A stretch of 64,000 bases of DNA, from the NCBI RefSeq assembly GCF_006345805.1, contig NC_043003.1, positions 43,648,001-43,712,000 of the forward strand. The letters are read 5' to 3'. Positions 1-13,229 of this stretch are shown piece after piece (positions within the stretch are counted from its first letter, which is position 1; each line of letters starts with the position of its first letter). Both the position numbers and the translations under genes were made by a program. The notes below the pieces were generated by a model that saw nothing but the letters and a program-made list of their open reading frames with translations, was not told the DNA's origin and searched no databases. The DNA comes from Octopus sinensis. Its lineage: Eukaryota.

Positions 1-860
1 TCCACTGTGAAACCATCAAAGTAAAAGACCAGGAAGCATCTTTGGAAATGGCTCCAGAAGATTGACATAAAAAAAGAATACTGTAAGCCTAATCATTGCG
101 GCCCAGGATCAGACATTGAATACCAACTCAGTGAAAAGGCATATATACCACACAGATACATCGGACCTCTGCAGAATGTGTGTGAAGGGGTACGAAAAAG
201 CGTGACTCACATTGTGAGTGTTTGTGAAAGTCTTGCGCAGAAAGAGTACAAGCGTAAACACGATAAGGTAGCCCAAAACCTCCACTGGCCACTATACCAT
301 AAGTGTGGATATGAGGTTACGGGTGCTTGGTGCCAACATACACCGGAATAGGCAACGTGTGAAAAGGGAGGGAAAAAATTTTTGACTTTGACATCCGGAC
401 AGATATGGTGTTCTAGCACCAAAGACCGGATATAGTAACATTTAGGAGGGACAGAGAAAAGTGCGTACTAATTGACGTAGCAGCACTAGGAGATCAACAT
501 ATCATCATGGAAGAAGGAAAAGGTTGATAAATATGGAGACCTGCGAAATGAGATCAATAAGATGTGGAAGCTACGAGAGTCAAACGTAAAATTTATCTCT
601 ATTGTCATCGGAGCATTGGGTTCAATATCACCCAATCTGAAAAAAAAAGAGAAACATCTGAAAACATTAGAAATACCCTAGAATCTAGTGTATTTCAAAA
701 GTCGGCATTGCTTGGAACCGCATGCATATTGAGTAAAGTACTGTCTGTCTGAAGTACTTGTGATTTGACTGAGTGTACTAACACCGATAGACACAATCAA
801 TAACCTCACGGTGTACTGTGTACTGTGTAACGTCTACAATAATAATATTGAAGATTATAA
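1..860 (+). mobile_element. 3' end of R4/Dong-like non-LTR retrotransposon (zinc knuckle + restriction-like endonuclease), decayed
   Basis: Frameshifted translation gives SLIIAAQDQTLNTN, a CRMC..HIVSVC..LAQKEYKRKHDKVA knuckle, RPDIV..LIDVA, and terminal IGALG...QKSALLGTACILSKVLSV* (ORF 564-752), the typical R4-clade C-terminus. Confidence 0.8.
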
Positions 861-1289
861 ATACCTTGATGCAATACCGGACTGTGGGACGATAACATCT
901 ACAATCATATAGCAGTGAATGAGTGAGTGAGTGATCACAAAAAGATTACAAGCTGCATCATAACTATTTCTGTTATTGTGAGCCAACCTTTCGGGTTCGA
1001 TGTAAGAGGTAAATTTCTGATAACGTGTTGTGAATGTGATGGTGAATGAAAATTACATAATTTTATGAGACTTCTCCTTACAATCTGTCCCTGCTATTGA
1101 AAACTTAATAAGTTATGTTTAATATTATTATTATAATATATTACTTTCATTTGGCCTCTTCCTTCATTTTAAGATATATGCTCTTCGGAAATTTCGCGAT
1201 TGCATCACATCAAGTCTATTTTGCAATAAACATTAAGTTATGACAAAACTCATAATTATTCAGTCTTCTGATTAGGGCTGTCGGTTATC

Positions 1290-1460
1290 ATGGCTTATAA
1301 GTGACCCCTACTAATAGGACACGAATTTATGGGAGGATTAACGGTCAACAGATTGTAGCACATATTTCCAGCTGGATAGTCTGGAGCAACACGAAATTAA
1401 TTGTTTTGCTTCAGAAACATACCACGTGGGTTTGGAAGCAAAACCGCAACCTTTTGCGAA
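1290..1460 (-). mobile_element. Degenerate SINE fragment with CORE-like central domain
   Basis: ccagctggatagtctggagcaacacgaaattaattgttttgct resembles the reverse complement of the invertebrate CORE-type SINE domain. Confidence 0.35.
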
Positions 1461-2544
1461 CCTGAACACCACAGAAATTCTTCGAATTCCACATGTTGAT
1501 AGTTCAATGTATATAAGATTTTCTGTGACGGCTTACGCTTAGCGTAGTATTAATACAGATTTCTCCGATACAAATACTCTGGAATGCTGCTCTCAAATGT
1601 AACGGAATATCAGTCGCAAAGACATCCTTAATAAGTCCGTCATCGTGTATATATTAATGTGTGTATTTCAAGAGCATGCTAAATCATAGACAAGACGATA
1701 ATGTAAAGCTGAATGTTATAGAGCGTAGACGACAATATAGCATGTAAAGCCGAAATCTGAATTTTGTGATGAATTGGAGGTCCAAATTCAGCCAACAGAA
1801 TTAGGTTAAAAATGAAAATCTTACAACTATTTCATCCTTATTAACAATAAAGTGACACGCAATAAAATTGTCGACAAGTTGTTCGCAGGAACTCCAATGC
1901 TGAGTTCAAAATTAAGTCTGTAACATATAATGATGCTTTTCATTGCTTTATTAGCTTTTCAGTGTAAAATCGATATATAAGCGATGCTACGTTGTATTGA
2001 TTTTATTATCACCTATACGGTAAGTTACCTGAGATATACCAGTTTTCTAGCCAAAATGCAAATCTGCTCACTTTTGCTGAACTCCACAGCAACACTAGAT
2101 ATGCAGAAACCCAGCAGTGTGTCGAAGATGAAATTTAACCTTGTTAAATATTTTCTGTTGTATACTATTATGAAAAAAATATTTTTTTGTCTTTTACTCA
2201 TGTATTTCGAAAAATCAATATTATCTCTCCATGAACGACATTCCCTTACCCAATGAATATTCTCGTACTGAGCAGAATATCAAATAAAATATGATAACAT
2301 TCATATTTTTCGTAAGAATATGTGAAACGCATAGCATAGAATAAATTGGTTTGGCTATGAATCGTAACAGATCACCTCACTGATAGTGTATGAACGGCAT
2401 TTGGAACATTATTATTAGTCGATATGGAACTATTAGTGAGTGTATGTTTATGTTTGTAAATACCTGAATACACTCTTGTATCCACATGTCTGTTTGATTG
2501 TCCCGCCATATGTATGTATGTGCATGTATATGTATGTATGCTTG

Positions 2545-2830
<286 letters not shown>

Positions 2831-2964
2831 TACATTATATCGGTACATCTCGATATAGCCACGAAAAGCTGGTTCACCATTCAGTATCATTATACTGCGG
2901 CTAGCTTCATTGAATAGGAGCTTCATTTGCATATTCAAAACGTTTCACGTAATCAAATTTAAGA

Positions 2965-3319
2965 CACACAGACACACACACACTCTCTTTCTCTCACACA
3001 CACACACACGCACACACACACCTACACACACACACACACCTACACACACCTACACACACACCTACACACACACCTACACACACACACACGCACACACACA
3101 CACACACATACACACACACACACACATATATATATATAGAATATTCTGTTGTGTCAGGGGAGAGTAATTTTCTTTTTGTGCCTTATAATTTAATACACCC
3201 ACCGGTAATATTTCAACTTATTTCATTTTTATTTTAAAAATTTTCGTTGCGTCTTGCAACCAATGAGTGTTTTAAATTATAAGGCACTAAAAGAGAATTG
3301 ACTCTCCCCAGGCACAACA

Positions 3320-3398
<79 letters not shown>

Positions 3399-3783
3399 AG
3401 TTTGCATTTGTGCTTGTGAATATGTAGGAGGATTCCACATCGTTCGAAAGTGCCGATGCATTTTTTTTTAATCAACAAAATTACCTGTACCTGAATTAAT
3501 GTCCAAGTGTCTGAACACACTCTGCAAACACATGTACTCTTAAGCAGTCAGTATGACACTACATATGATAAAACTGTACTTTTGAATTATTGTCATAATT
3601 CACAAGATTTATTAGTATCTGAGTCTGATCAATATATTTCAAAAAGTAAGAGACTCTTGGTTGTAGAATATTTCACATGGCGATATGCTAAACTATTTTA
3701 ATAAAACCATCCTACGCAGTTGGGTGGTCAAATTTTCGTCATACTAAACTTACTTTAATATGTATACATGACTATATATATAA

Positions 3784-3860
<77 letters not shown>
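2965..3860. repeat. Cluster of (CA)n, (TA)n and (TG)n microsatellites (about 2965-3135, 3322-3398, 3773-3860)
   Basis: Directly visible dinucleotide runs; similar compound tracts recur throughout the window (e.g. 45.9-48.1 kb, 56.3-59.9 kb). Confidence 0.95.
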
Positions 3861-3861
<1 letters not shown>

Positions 3862-3864
<3 letters not shown>

Positions 3865-4070
3865 TCCCTTTTAGTGAACCTGGGAAGATCATCAAACACT
3901 TCTTTCATCTCGGTGATCAGCTCGGCATTGGTGTTGCACGCAGTGTGCTGTGTATCTTTCTCAACTGCGCCGATCACATAGTAACCTATGGGACTACAAT
4001 CTTGGGGATAAAGTCAACAGAAATTAGGGATGATGGAGACGCACAAATTCTCGGACAACAACTTGTTACT
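3862..4070 (-). mobile_element. Tc1/mariner-superfamily transposase C-terminal fragment
   Basis: Minus translation resembles SPDCxPxxY..IGAVEKDTQHTACNTNAELITEMKEVFDDLPR, matching the SPDxNPxDY/E region of TcMar transposases. Confidence 0.55.
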
Positions 4071-4669
4071 GTTTCAACTTGTTACCATTGCATATAAATA
4101 TTGTAGGTGAAGTGAAATAACCGTCCATCTATACAAAGATAATTTATTTAGCTATATCAACAGGGGAGAATCAACAAGTTCGTCTGAGAAACCGATATGA
4201 GGCAACAATTAAAATCACTGTTATTCATAAGAAAATAAAGCAGTTAATTTGCCGAAGCCAAACTTACAATTAGTCAGCAAACGAAAATGGGAACCTGAAA
4301 TAAACACTGAAATTTGAAAACCTAATCAAAAGTGAGTCGTCATAGTTCTGGAGACCTGTGACAATAATTCACTTTCAATAAATTTAATTCCGTTATATAT
4401 ACATGTCATACACCCACACATATACATCCATACACACGCTCACACGCACGAACACACATGTGTGTATATATACATACACACACATTTATATATATACATA
4501 TATATATATAATAACTGAAGAAGTGGCTACACGTAATTTAAAACCGAAAAGGAAATACTTCACGGTCACTAAAATTAACTAAGGGTGCAGTAAGCACCAA
4601 CATTGCAAGAAAGATGAATCATAGTCTCTTTACTCAGAGAAGCGCACTTTTTCTTATTTGCATTGAGTG

Positions 4670-5160
4670 GGGAGACGACCCTACTACCGTAAGCGAGTTG
4701 CCTTAGATTAGCATGCTAATTTCCTATAGTAGTTAATTATTACCAGAGATGCTTACTCCTTCACGGATAGTAAAGCCGAACTTACGCCTGTCACTATTAT
4801 AGGAATCAGTGGCTGATTACGCAAAATTAGAACGCATGCTTTCTGTGGCTAAAAATCTACGACTCTTATTTCTAGTAACGCTTTTACTCATTGCACCCTT
4901 AGTCACTTTTAATGAAGTGAAATATTTCCTTTATTGGTTTTTAAATGACGCCTGGCTCCCACAATTATTTTATAATTTTCACTTTTCCACTTTATGGACA
5001 CTGTCACTGATTCCTATGATAGTTTATATAATGCTGACGCGCGTGCATTGAGCTATACTATTCGTTATGCAATAAGTATTACTGACGAGTATTAATTTCT
5101 ATACAAAATTAGCATGCTAATCTAAAGCAACTCACTTAGAGTGAGGTAGGGGTTGAATTC
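4670..5160. repeat. Inverted pair (about 4670-4750 and 5076-5160) of decayed hammerhead-bearing cassettes, plus an internal direct duplication (about 4833-4898 vs 5183-5250)
   Basis: gagttgccttagattagcatgctaatttcctatag is reverse-complementary to ctatacaaaattagcatgctaatctaaagcaactc; weaker similarity extends about 30 bp outward. Confidence 0.8.
5076..5128 (+). ncRNA. Type I hammerhead ribozyme relic (G12A core mutation)
   Basis: GTATTA-CTGACGA-GTAT(TAATTTCT)ATAC-AAAA-TTAGCATGCTAA-TC-TAAAGC: stem I 6 positions with 1 mismatch, stem II 4 bp, palindromic stem III, AUC cleavage triplet; GAAA is mutated to AAAA. Confidence 0.65.
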
Positions 5161-5377
5161 CCTTTCAGTTCAAATTATAAGACGTGCTTTCTGTGGCTAA
5201 AGAGTTTATGACTTTTTATTTCTAGCAACAATGCCGAGGCTCATTGCACCCATGGTTACTACTGGTGGCGGAGAAGTATATATATATATATATATATATA
5301 TTTGTGTGTGTGTGTGTGTGTGTTTGTGTGTGTGTATATATATATGTGTGTGTGTTTGTGTGTGTGTATATATGTGT

Positions 5378-5434
<57 letters not shown>

Positions 5435-5435
5435 A

Positions 5436-5757
5436 GTGCAGGAGTAGCAGTGTGGTAAGTAGCTTGCTAATGAACCACATGTTCCAGGGTTGAGTCCCAC
5501 TGCGTGGCACCTTGGGTAACTTTCTTCTACTATAGCCTTGCGGTGACCAAAGCCTTGTGAATGGAGTTGGAAGACGGAATCTGGAAGAGGCCCGTCGTAT
5601 ATATATATATATATATATATGCATATATTTTTCTGTCTGTATTGACCCCCACCATCGCTTGACAAGTGATGTTCGTGTGTTTACATGCCTGTAACTTAGG
5701 GGTTCGGCAAAAGATATCGAAAGAATAAGTACTAGGCTTACAAAGAATAAGTCCTGG
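5436..5757 (+). mobile_element. tRNA-derived SINE (abundant octopus-type family)
   Basis: A/B-box head (gcagtgtggtaagtagcttg...gggttgagtcccactg), internal (TA)n; second copy at 58731-59133. Confidence 0.8.
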
Positions 5758-5768
5758 AAAGGAATTTG

Positions 5769-6005
5769 TATGTGGTCTGATCAATAAGTATCAGGAGTGT
5801 TGCCATAGTAACGATAGTAAAGCCGCTTGACACAGATTGACCTCCAACTCTCCTATCCATGTGCATCGAGATTAACGTTCTAGTTCACTTTCACTGTCCA
5901 CAGCTTTGCATGGAAAAATGGGGTGTAGCGCGTGATCGTCAATGACAGAGAAAGTTGAGCAGAGTATTTATATCAAATTTTTGCCAAACGCTTGTCGATA
6001 CCTGC
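5769..6005 (+). mobile_element. Mariner-like element 5' end (TIR + transposase start)
   Basis: TIR-like ggtctgatcaataagtatcaggagtgttgccatag; ORF begins MTEKVEQSIYIKF like mariner transposase N-termini. Confidence 0.7.
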
Positions 6006-6604
6006 TCGGAGGCCTACGCAATATTTTCACGAAGTTTTCATCGTTCTCAACACAATTAAGGAGTTCTTCAGTAACCGAAACCCGAGTGTTTTTTTGGTTA
6101 GCTGAAATGAGTTTTCGCACAAGCTTGACGGACTGGTGTCTCACATACACAAATCCTCAGTGATAACGGACTGAGCTGAACCGTAATTAATCTACACATC
6201 TTCTGCTAATTCACTGACGGTGATTTAACTATTTCCGCCTCAGAGCTCTACGCATAGCTACGAATGTTTTTCTCAGTTATGCTGGTTGCGAGTCTTCCAG
6301 AATGTTCGTCAATATCTATATTGTTTCGGCCACTTTGGATACGTGTAAACCACTTGCACACCTCTGGGCAGTTCATACACTCCTCTCCATACACTTTCTG
6401 CAACTTTTCGTAGGTCTCTGAGCTCATATTGCCAATGCGACGATCACGCACCTTCCTCCCAAGCACTATTGTAAACAGCGAAGTGAGGTAGAACGTTAAA
6501 AGGCAGCAGAGTTTAAAGTCAATCTTTCCCAAGCGGATTTACTCTGCGTGATTTAGCTTCGTAACTATAGCAACAGTCCGGATAATTATTGATTAGACCT
6601 CGCA
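6005..6604 (-). mobile_element. Mariner-like element 5' part, opposite orientation
   Basis: Similar TIR ggtctaatcaataattatccggactgttgctatag; ETYEKLQKVYGEECM...VCKWFTRIQSGR..DEHSGR (HTH region) and KLISANQKNTRVSVTEELL..ENDENFVKI. Confidence 0.8.
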
Positions 6605-6737
6605 TATATGTAATGTGCGTGTGTATCTCTCTGTCTCTCTGTCTATGTGCGTATGCATTGTTGTATGTATGTATGTATGTATGTATGTATATATATATAT
6701 ATATGAATGTATGTATGTATGTATGTATGTATGCATG

Positions 6738-6793
<56 letters not shown>

Positions 6794-7699
6794 TGTATGT
6801 ATGTATATATGTATATACACATACAGGAATGCAAATATGGGTACGTATACATATATGTATAAGCATTATGTCAGATGGATTCTGAGAATCGTGTGGTCAT
6901 CACAGTAGTGTACTCGTACGAACTCGGCTATCATCCCAGAAAGTAATGAGGTTCGAAATTAGTGTAATGTGACATGTCCATGTAATTAAAACCTAGAAAA
7001 TTATGTGTGTGTGTGTGTGTGTGTGTGCGTATGTATGTGTGTGTGTATGTGTGTATGTGTGTGTGTGTGTTTATAATGCTTTAAAATTATTATCCTCATC
7101 ACGTAGAATTTCAATCTTGTGTAAAAGTTTCTGAAACAGAACAAATCCGGCGTAGATGTGCATTGTTTTCTTATCAGTAACAATTGCACTGTAACGATTC
7201 CAACGCCATTGTATTAAGGTTCTAAATATCATATATCGAATTTGTTTCTAAGATAACTACTTTTTCCATTATCACTGGCTGTTTTCTCGACTCTAATGAG
7301 ATATCACATTAAGCTCATTAAAACTCATCATTATGTATCATTAAGCTTTGTATATATTAAATTAAGTATTATTCACATCTTTAGAATGAATATTAAGTAA
7401 AAGATATCTTTTAGTATAAATGTTGTGTCTCTTAATTTATTTCTTTGCGAGTGTGTGTGAATATGCCCTGCTACTCTTTATCGGAAAAGTATAAAAGTAT
7501 ATATTTTTTTCTTTTGTGCCATAGAAGCAGAACGAATCATAATACACTTAGGGTAATTTCTCGCAGACACTACATCATTCAGGAAGTGTTCACCGTATGC
7601 AATGCAGATCGGCAATGTTTGACTTAGAGAATTTATATCTGTGAGGAGAGAGCAATATTATCATGATATGAAATTATATTTTAAGCACATCTTGCAAAA

Positions 7700-8030
7700 T
7701 GCTTAGCAGGGTTTCCTCCGTCTATGCGGTCTGATTTCCAATTCCGCTAATGCCGACTTTCACTTTCATAATTTCAAAGACGATAAATTAAGTGCTGAGG
7801 TCGATCTGATCGACTATCCCCCTCACCACAGGCCTTGGAGAAAGGATTATTTTAAGCACTCCATGCAATACGCTTTGCGGAAATTCGTTCTTCTTTCCAT
7901 TCTCAATTCACATTCCGCCGAGGTTGACTTTGCCTTTCATTGTTTTGGGACCGATAAGTACCACTTGAAGTAAATTACTTGCTCTGTCCCCACGTTGTCC
8001 TTGTGCCAAAATACCAAGCCAATATTGCTT
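7700..8030 (+). mobile_element. Two degenerate tRNA-SINE copies; further relics at about 10790-10970, 13205-13540, 37890-38020
   Basis: Shared ttcaaattccgccgaggt(c/t)gactttgcctttcat...gataa(a)gtacc segment. Confidence 0.7.
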
Positions 8031-8499
8031 CAAGAATTTCAGTAACGACGAAAGACATGTTCGATAATTTTCTCAGTGAATCTAAGAACTGCACTACATA
8101 TGCCGGCATGAGAATTACTGAATAAAGTTACTGTACATTAAACTGAATATTCATGGAAAATTAGCATAATTAAAGAAAATGAATTAATGTTGTTAATTGC
8201 TCAGACTTCATCTGCATAAAAAATGAACAGTTGAGTAAAAAATGATCGTAGATAATGGACATCTTCAATTACCAACGTTTTAAATAGTAACGTAGCAAGA
8301 ATTCTATCGCGGTACAACCAACAGGATTAACATAATATGAGTCACTCAATTAATATTCTCATCACAACACGGCGAAGGGACATTTTTAATTCGCATCATT
8401 AGGTATTTAATGAAGTGCATTAAGTACTTTTTCTACCAATATTCAAATACAAGCATACATAAAAGATATTTTCAGAATGAGTTAAAATTCAAAGGTTGT

Positions 8500-8830
8500 G
8501 AATGACTTTAGAACATTTATAAATAGAAGGTCTTACAGCTGTTTCCGGGATATTTTATATATCCCTTCATCGGAGACGGTATGAGAAAATGGTTAAGCAA
8601 TAGTTATTTTATATAAGATATGAAATAGAGAGTGAAGTGGAGGAATGGAATTAGACGTGAGACATGCAGGGATATTGCATCAGTAGATCCATTATTTAGG
8701 CAGAATTGTATACCTATAAGATTACTGTATCTTGTGTGTAAGTTCCAATAGTATTTAAAATTGGTCATTCCAAGTATAGAATTTGTATACAGTGTTATTG
8801 AATCGAGGGTTTTATTTAAGTTGGGAATGT
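8500..8830 (-). mobile_element. Penelope-like element terminal (pLTR-like) fragment
   Basis: Carries a minimal hammerhead motif at 8530-8577 in PLE-like 3' context. Confidence 0.5.
8530..8577 (-). ncRNA. Minimal type I hammerhead ribozyme, U4C core variant
   Basis: Minus strand: GTCT-CCGATGA-A-GGGATAT(ATAAA)ATATCCC-G-GAAA-CAGCTG-TA-AGAC; stem I 4 bp, stem II 7 bp, palindromic stem III, GUA cleavage triplet. Confidence 0.65.
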
Positions 8831-9539
8831 ATTTGTAATGTCAAATCGAAAACAGGAAGAGAGGAATAAGGAAAAAGAAAAAAGATAGAGAAGAAAGAAA
8901 AACAAATAAGAAAAGCAGGGAGAGAGATAATAAAGAGATGAAGGGAGAGAAAGTGTACTTGTTAGTGGTCAGTTAAGATAAATTAATAGTAGAAATGGGG
9001 AGGTGAGAGTGATAGAGAGAGAAAGATATGAACGTGTAGAAAGATGATAGAGTAAAGATTAAAGGAGTGTCAGATAGAAGGAATGGGGTGATAGAGAGAG
9101 AGAGAGAGGTATAATAGTGTAAAAAGTAAAGGAGTGTCAGGTATGTAGTGATAGAGTCTAAGTGAGAGGCAGAAATAGGGTAGGAGTAGTAAAATGATGG
9201 AATGAAGAATTTGAGACTATGAGATTGTTTAGAAATATCAGTGATTAGAAGTAGAAGAAAATATATATATGTGAATATGTATACACATACATGTATTAAA
9301 CATGTTTATAGATATTTATACGTATCAACGTCTACACATACAACACGTACTCATATGTATATGTACACCCATACATACGTGTATCTGTATGTATTATCGC
9401 CCCTGCACACACAGTTATATATACATTGCATACATACACACACACAAACACATACACACACAAGCACACATGCACACACCCATATGTGTATGCACGCATA
9501 TATACACGAATATAATTAAACAGTTGTAATATTCGAGTA

Positions 9540-10110
9540 TGAAAGAGGAATTAGGGATTAGGAGTTAAAATGTAGATTTATAAGATTACCTAAGGGGTAT
9601 TGTGGAAATATACTGTATGGTCAGTTAGGCATTTGAATTTGTGGTAAAATTTGAATGCGTGAAAAAAAGTGGTGGTTGCATGTGCTTAGTGCCTCATTAT
9701 GTTTATTAAGCAGTGTTGGAGAGTTGTGCTTTAATATGTGAAGTTCCTCCTTCAGGCAAAGCTTGCATTTTAAGCGTTAACATTGGTTAGGAAGCCATTG
9801 AATCTAGTGTAGACCATGATAGAGTATAGGGTATATTTATATTTTTGAGATGATGTATGTGGTTAGCGAATGTGGTAGATTTACTATGTTTAACGTATCT
9901 AAAAGAATGGAGGTGAGCGGCATATCGTTCCTTATAATGTGTGGTTGATCCTATGTATATGGTTGTATAGTTGTGTAATAGATTAAGGACAGTGCATTTG
10001 GAAATCACATTATATCTTCTGCAATGGGTTTATAACGGACAGGTGGTTCCAGGACGGCAGTTACAATTAGGTGAATTTTTAGGGAATCTGTTCAGAAATG
10101 CAGGAGGTAA
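9540..10110 (-). mobile_element. Penelope-like element GIY-YIG endonuclease fragment
   Basis: ORF 9787-10008 YIGSTTHYKERYAAHLHSF...STTFANHIHHLK...LSWSTL followed by CKLCLKEELHIL...LLNKHNE...CNH, the typical PLE endonuclease C-terminus. Confidence 0.8.
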
Positions 10111-13100
10111 TATTGTCAGAGGAGAGGTTAGAGAAGGGGGTAGAAAATCCTACATTATTAGTATTATTAATGTTATCATTACCATCATTGCTATTATTAT
10201 TACAAATCTTGTTATTAATTGTACTATTTGAAAGAATGGCAGAGATTTTGGTGATGTTCTGAGCAGTGTCAGCAGGATGGGTTGGGTTGTGGTTGTGGTT
10301 GTAGTTGTGGTCTAATGTAAGGGTATCTGTGCTGGATTTGTGTGTATGTTGAGGGTTCGTATGACTAAAGTTGTAATTGTGAGAATTTCATAGTAAAGAT
10401 AAAGCTTTTGTTTATTAGAAGCTGCTACCAAGGGCCCAGGAACAGGGGGTGCAGCGGGTGCATCTGCACCCCTTGGAATTTTCAGGTGGTGCAAGATCAA
10501 ACTTTCCACCCCTTACATAATTTTACCAGTTTCAGAAAATAGTGTCTAAAAATTTATCTGTATAAGATGTTTGAAGCTAGATTTCGTTTCAAAACAAAAA
10601 CAAAGAACAAAATTAAATAAATTAAAGTGATGAAGCTGAGCTTAAAATTACCAAGGGAATTTATGACTGACCAGCTTCTGAAGCGAAATAGCGTCAAAAT
10701 AAAAAAAAAGATGTGACAACAACAACAGTAGCAGCACAAAACAAGAACAACAGCGTGACCAGCTACTCTTCAATACATATCATTACTTGGATTCTTTAAG
10801 ACAAAATTCGTTCGTCTTTACATTCTCAATTCAAATTCCGCCGAGGTTGACTTTGTCTTTCATTGTTTCGGGACCGATAAAGTACCACTTGAACACTAAG
10901 GTGATGTAAATTACTTGCTCTGTCCCCACGTTGTCCTTGTACCAAAATTCCAAACCAATATTGCTTTAAGAATAACTCTAAAATGGGTGTTGTATGTGTG
11001 TGTGTATGTATGTGTGTGTGTACTTAATGTTTCGTCAGGATTGGCTGGATGTTCAGAGATGCGAAATTAATTTCGATTTATAGAATCAGATTTCTCATGA
11101 ACCGTAATTGTTTATAATCAACCATATCCAGCGGAAATGTATCATACCTATGATGAACCTTTTCGGCCAGGCCCCTCTTGTTCTGTAAATTTACATTGTA
11201 ATGTGTATATTCTATGTATTCCTGGTTTCATAGACGTTAATTCGAAATATAGGGAAGTGACAGTTGAAATCTCTAGCAAGATGACTTAGACCGTAGATGC
11301 TTCGTCGTTGACTTGTATACACTTTTCATGCGTAGGCTAAGCATTTTTATGTTGGACTGTATAAATATCCTTCAACTTACAGTTTCACAGAAGCAAAGTA
11401 TAATGTCTACATAGAAATTCACAACATACAATAACTGACCAATTCTATGCTGGACTGTTTTGCAAGTAAAAAAATAGAATAAAATATTTCATGATAGTTC
11501 AAAACGTAGGCACAAAAACAGCCATGTTTTAAAGTTACATTAACAGCTATGGTTCTATGTTCAATCTTACCCTGCAGGCGGCACATTTGGCAAAGGATCT
11601 CTATTACATCTTCGTGAAAAGAAAAAGAATCACTTCCCAGTAGACTGTGTTTGCAAGTAATTATAGAAACATGAAACCCATACGCATAGGCATATATGTG
11701 TGTATGTTCGTATGTGTGCGTATATACATAGAAATTTTCTTTGAGTGTATTCCTGATATACCTAATAGGCGCTTTCCTCTTATTAAAGCGCTTCCTAATA
11801 AAACTGTGCGGATACAACTCAGTCAAAGTATCAACGACTTTTCAGATATAATGTAAATGCATTGAAATTATTAAGTAAATGCACTGAAATTATTTTGCTG
11901 GGCAGGAAGTACCATTTCAGAATTTTATGAAGCTGCTACATTAAGAAGATACTATGATTTCATCAGGCCAGAAGAGGTAAAGTAATTTTGCTTTTATTAA
12001 GCAACATGTTTGCTATATTTTGAGATTTAAAATCCAGTGTAATCATTGTTTTTATACCTTTTTCTATTTTTTCTCAGATTGATTTCAAACATTGCTATAA
12101 GACATCAAATTTTCTGTAAGAAAATAGTCGCACTTTATTTATCGATTACAGAAGGATCAATGACAAAGCTAACCTCAGGTGAAATTTGAAATACCTAGTC
12201 TTAATTTAAAATCGTAAGTTATTTTGTCCGATGCTAAATTTATTTAATGAGACACATATCTTCCGCTGTCTAAGATATATTTCTATTTCAAAAACACAAT
12301 ACTTTTCTGTATACTTATATTTCTTTTCAGATTCCTCAGAATGAGATGAACATATGACGCACAACATACCTTTGCTCTTTGGAAAAGTTTGACAACGAAA
12401 GAAAAAGGGAACTGAAGAAAAGGCCATGACACAGTTACAAAACGGAGATGTGTCAGACATGTTAAAGTAAAGGGTTGTTAGAAGCCCATATGCAAGAAAT
12501 AAGTATATTTTAATGACGGTCCTACTGTTCTTGGGGAACAGTAAGATTTATTCAATACTGAAGTAGACGCACATATAAGGGCTACGGTGTCAGTTATACC
12601 GATATACACATTTAAATTGTATACTCAAATTAACACTCACACATAAACATTGATACGGATACAAAGTACTATTATGATACGATTCCCATATATTTTCGCC
12701 TGTTGATCATGATCGCTATAGATGACGCTGCAGAAATATCACCCACGCCGATCACAATAAAGTACTTCAATTTCTGTTGTTTCCTCGCTGATGAAAGTGT
12801 GCAATAGATATAGCATAGACGGTAATATAACACTATGATATTACATGCTGAATAGAAGATGGTATTTGCGTTAATTACCGTACCAAGCCGATTTATGTGT
12901 AGGGTTCACATTAGCCATGGGAATCACTTTCGCCGTGTAAAAGTAAAACTCGACCATTTGCAGTTTCTAACGCGTGCGTTGTTGGATCTGTTTGTCAGAA
13001 TTCTGGAACTTTCGGCACTTTGTTCTACTTCACCGTTTGTGTCAGAATTGACCCCGATACCCTTTTAAGTTATCCCTTGCGGGTTATAAATTGATATGTT

Positions 13101-13229
13101 ATTCCCTTTACTTTTTAATAATTTAAGTACTCGTTTCTTATTTATTAGTTCGTGCCAATTCCCTTCTCATCCCATATGCTACAATGTATCATTCTAATAT
13201 AACTGTATAGAAGGCGATGAGCTGGTGGA

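Noticed and set aside
4510-4550. CTGAAGA...GAAA hammerhead-like spacing (similar at 11023-11057 and 29672-29706)
   Set aside because: Stems do not form or core positions are multiply mutated; at most ancient relics.
4809-5051. 80-aa hydrophobic ORF as a membrane protein gene
   Set aside because: It lies inside a repeat cassette, AT-rich DNA biases toward F/L/I, and no homology was recognised.
10410-10500. GC-rich ggtgcagcgggtgcatctgcacccc stretch resembling a hAT-type terminus
   Set aside because: No matching second end or TSD found in the window.
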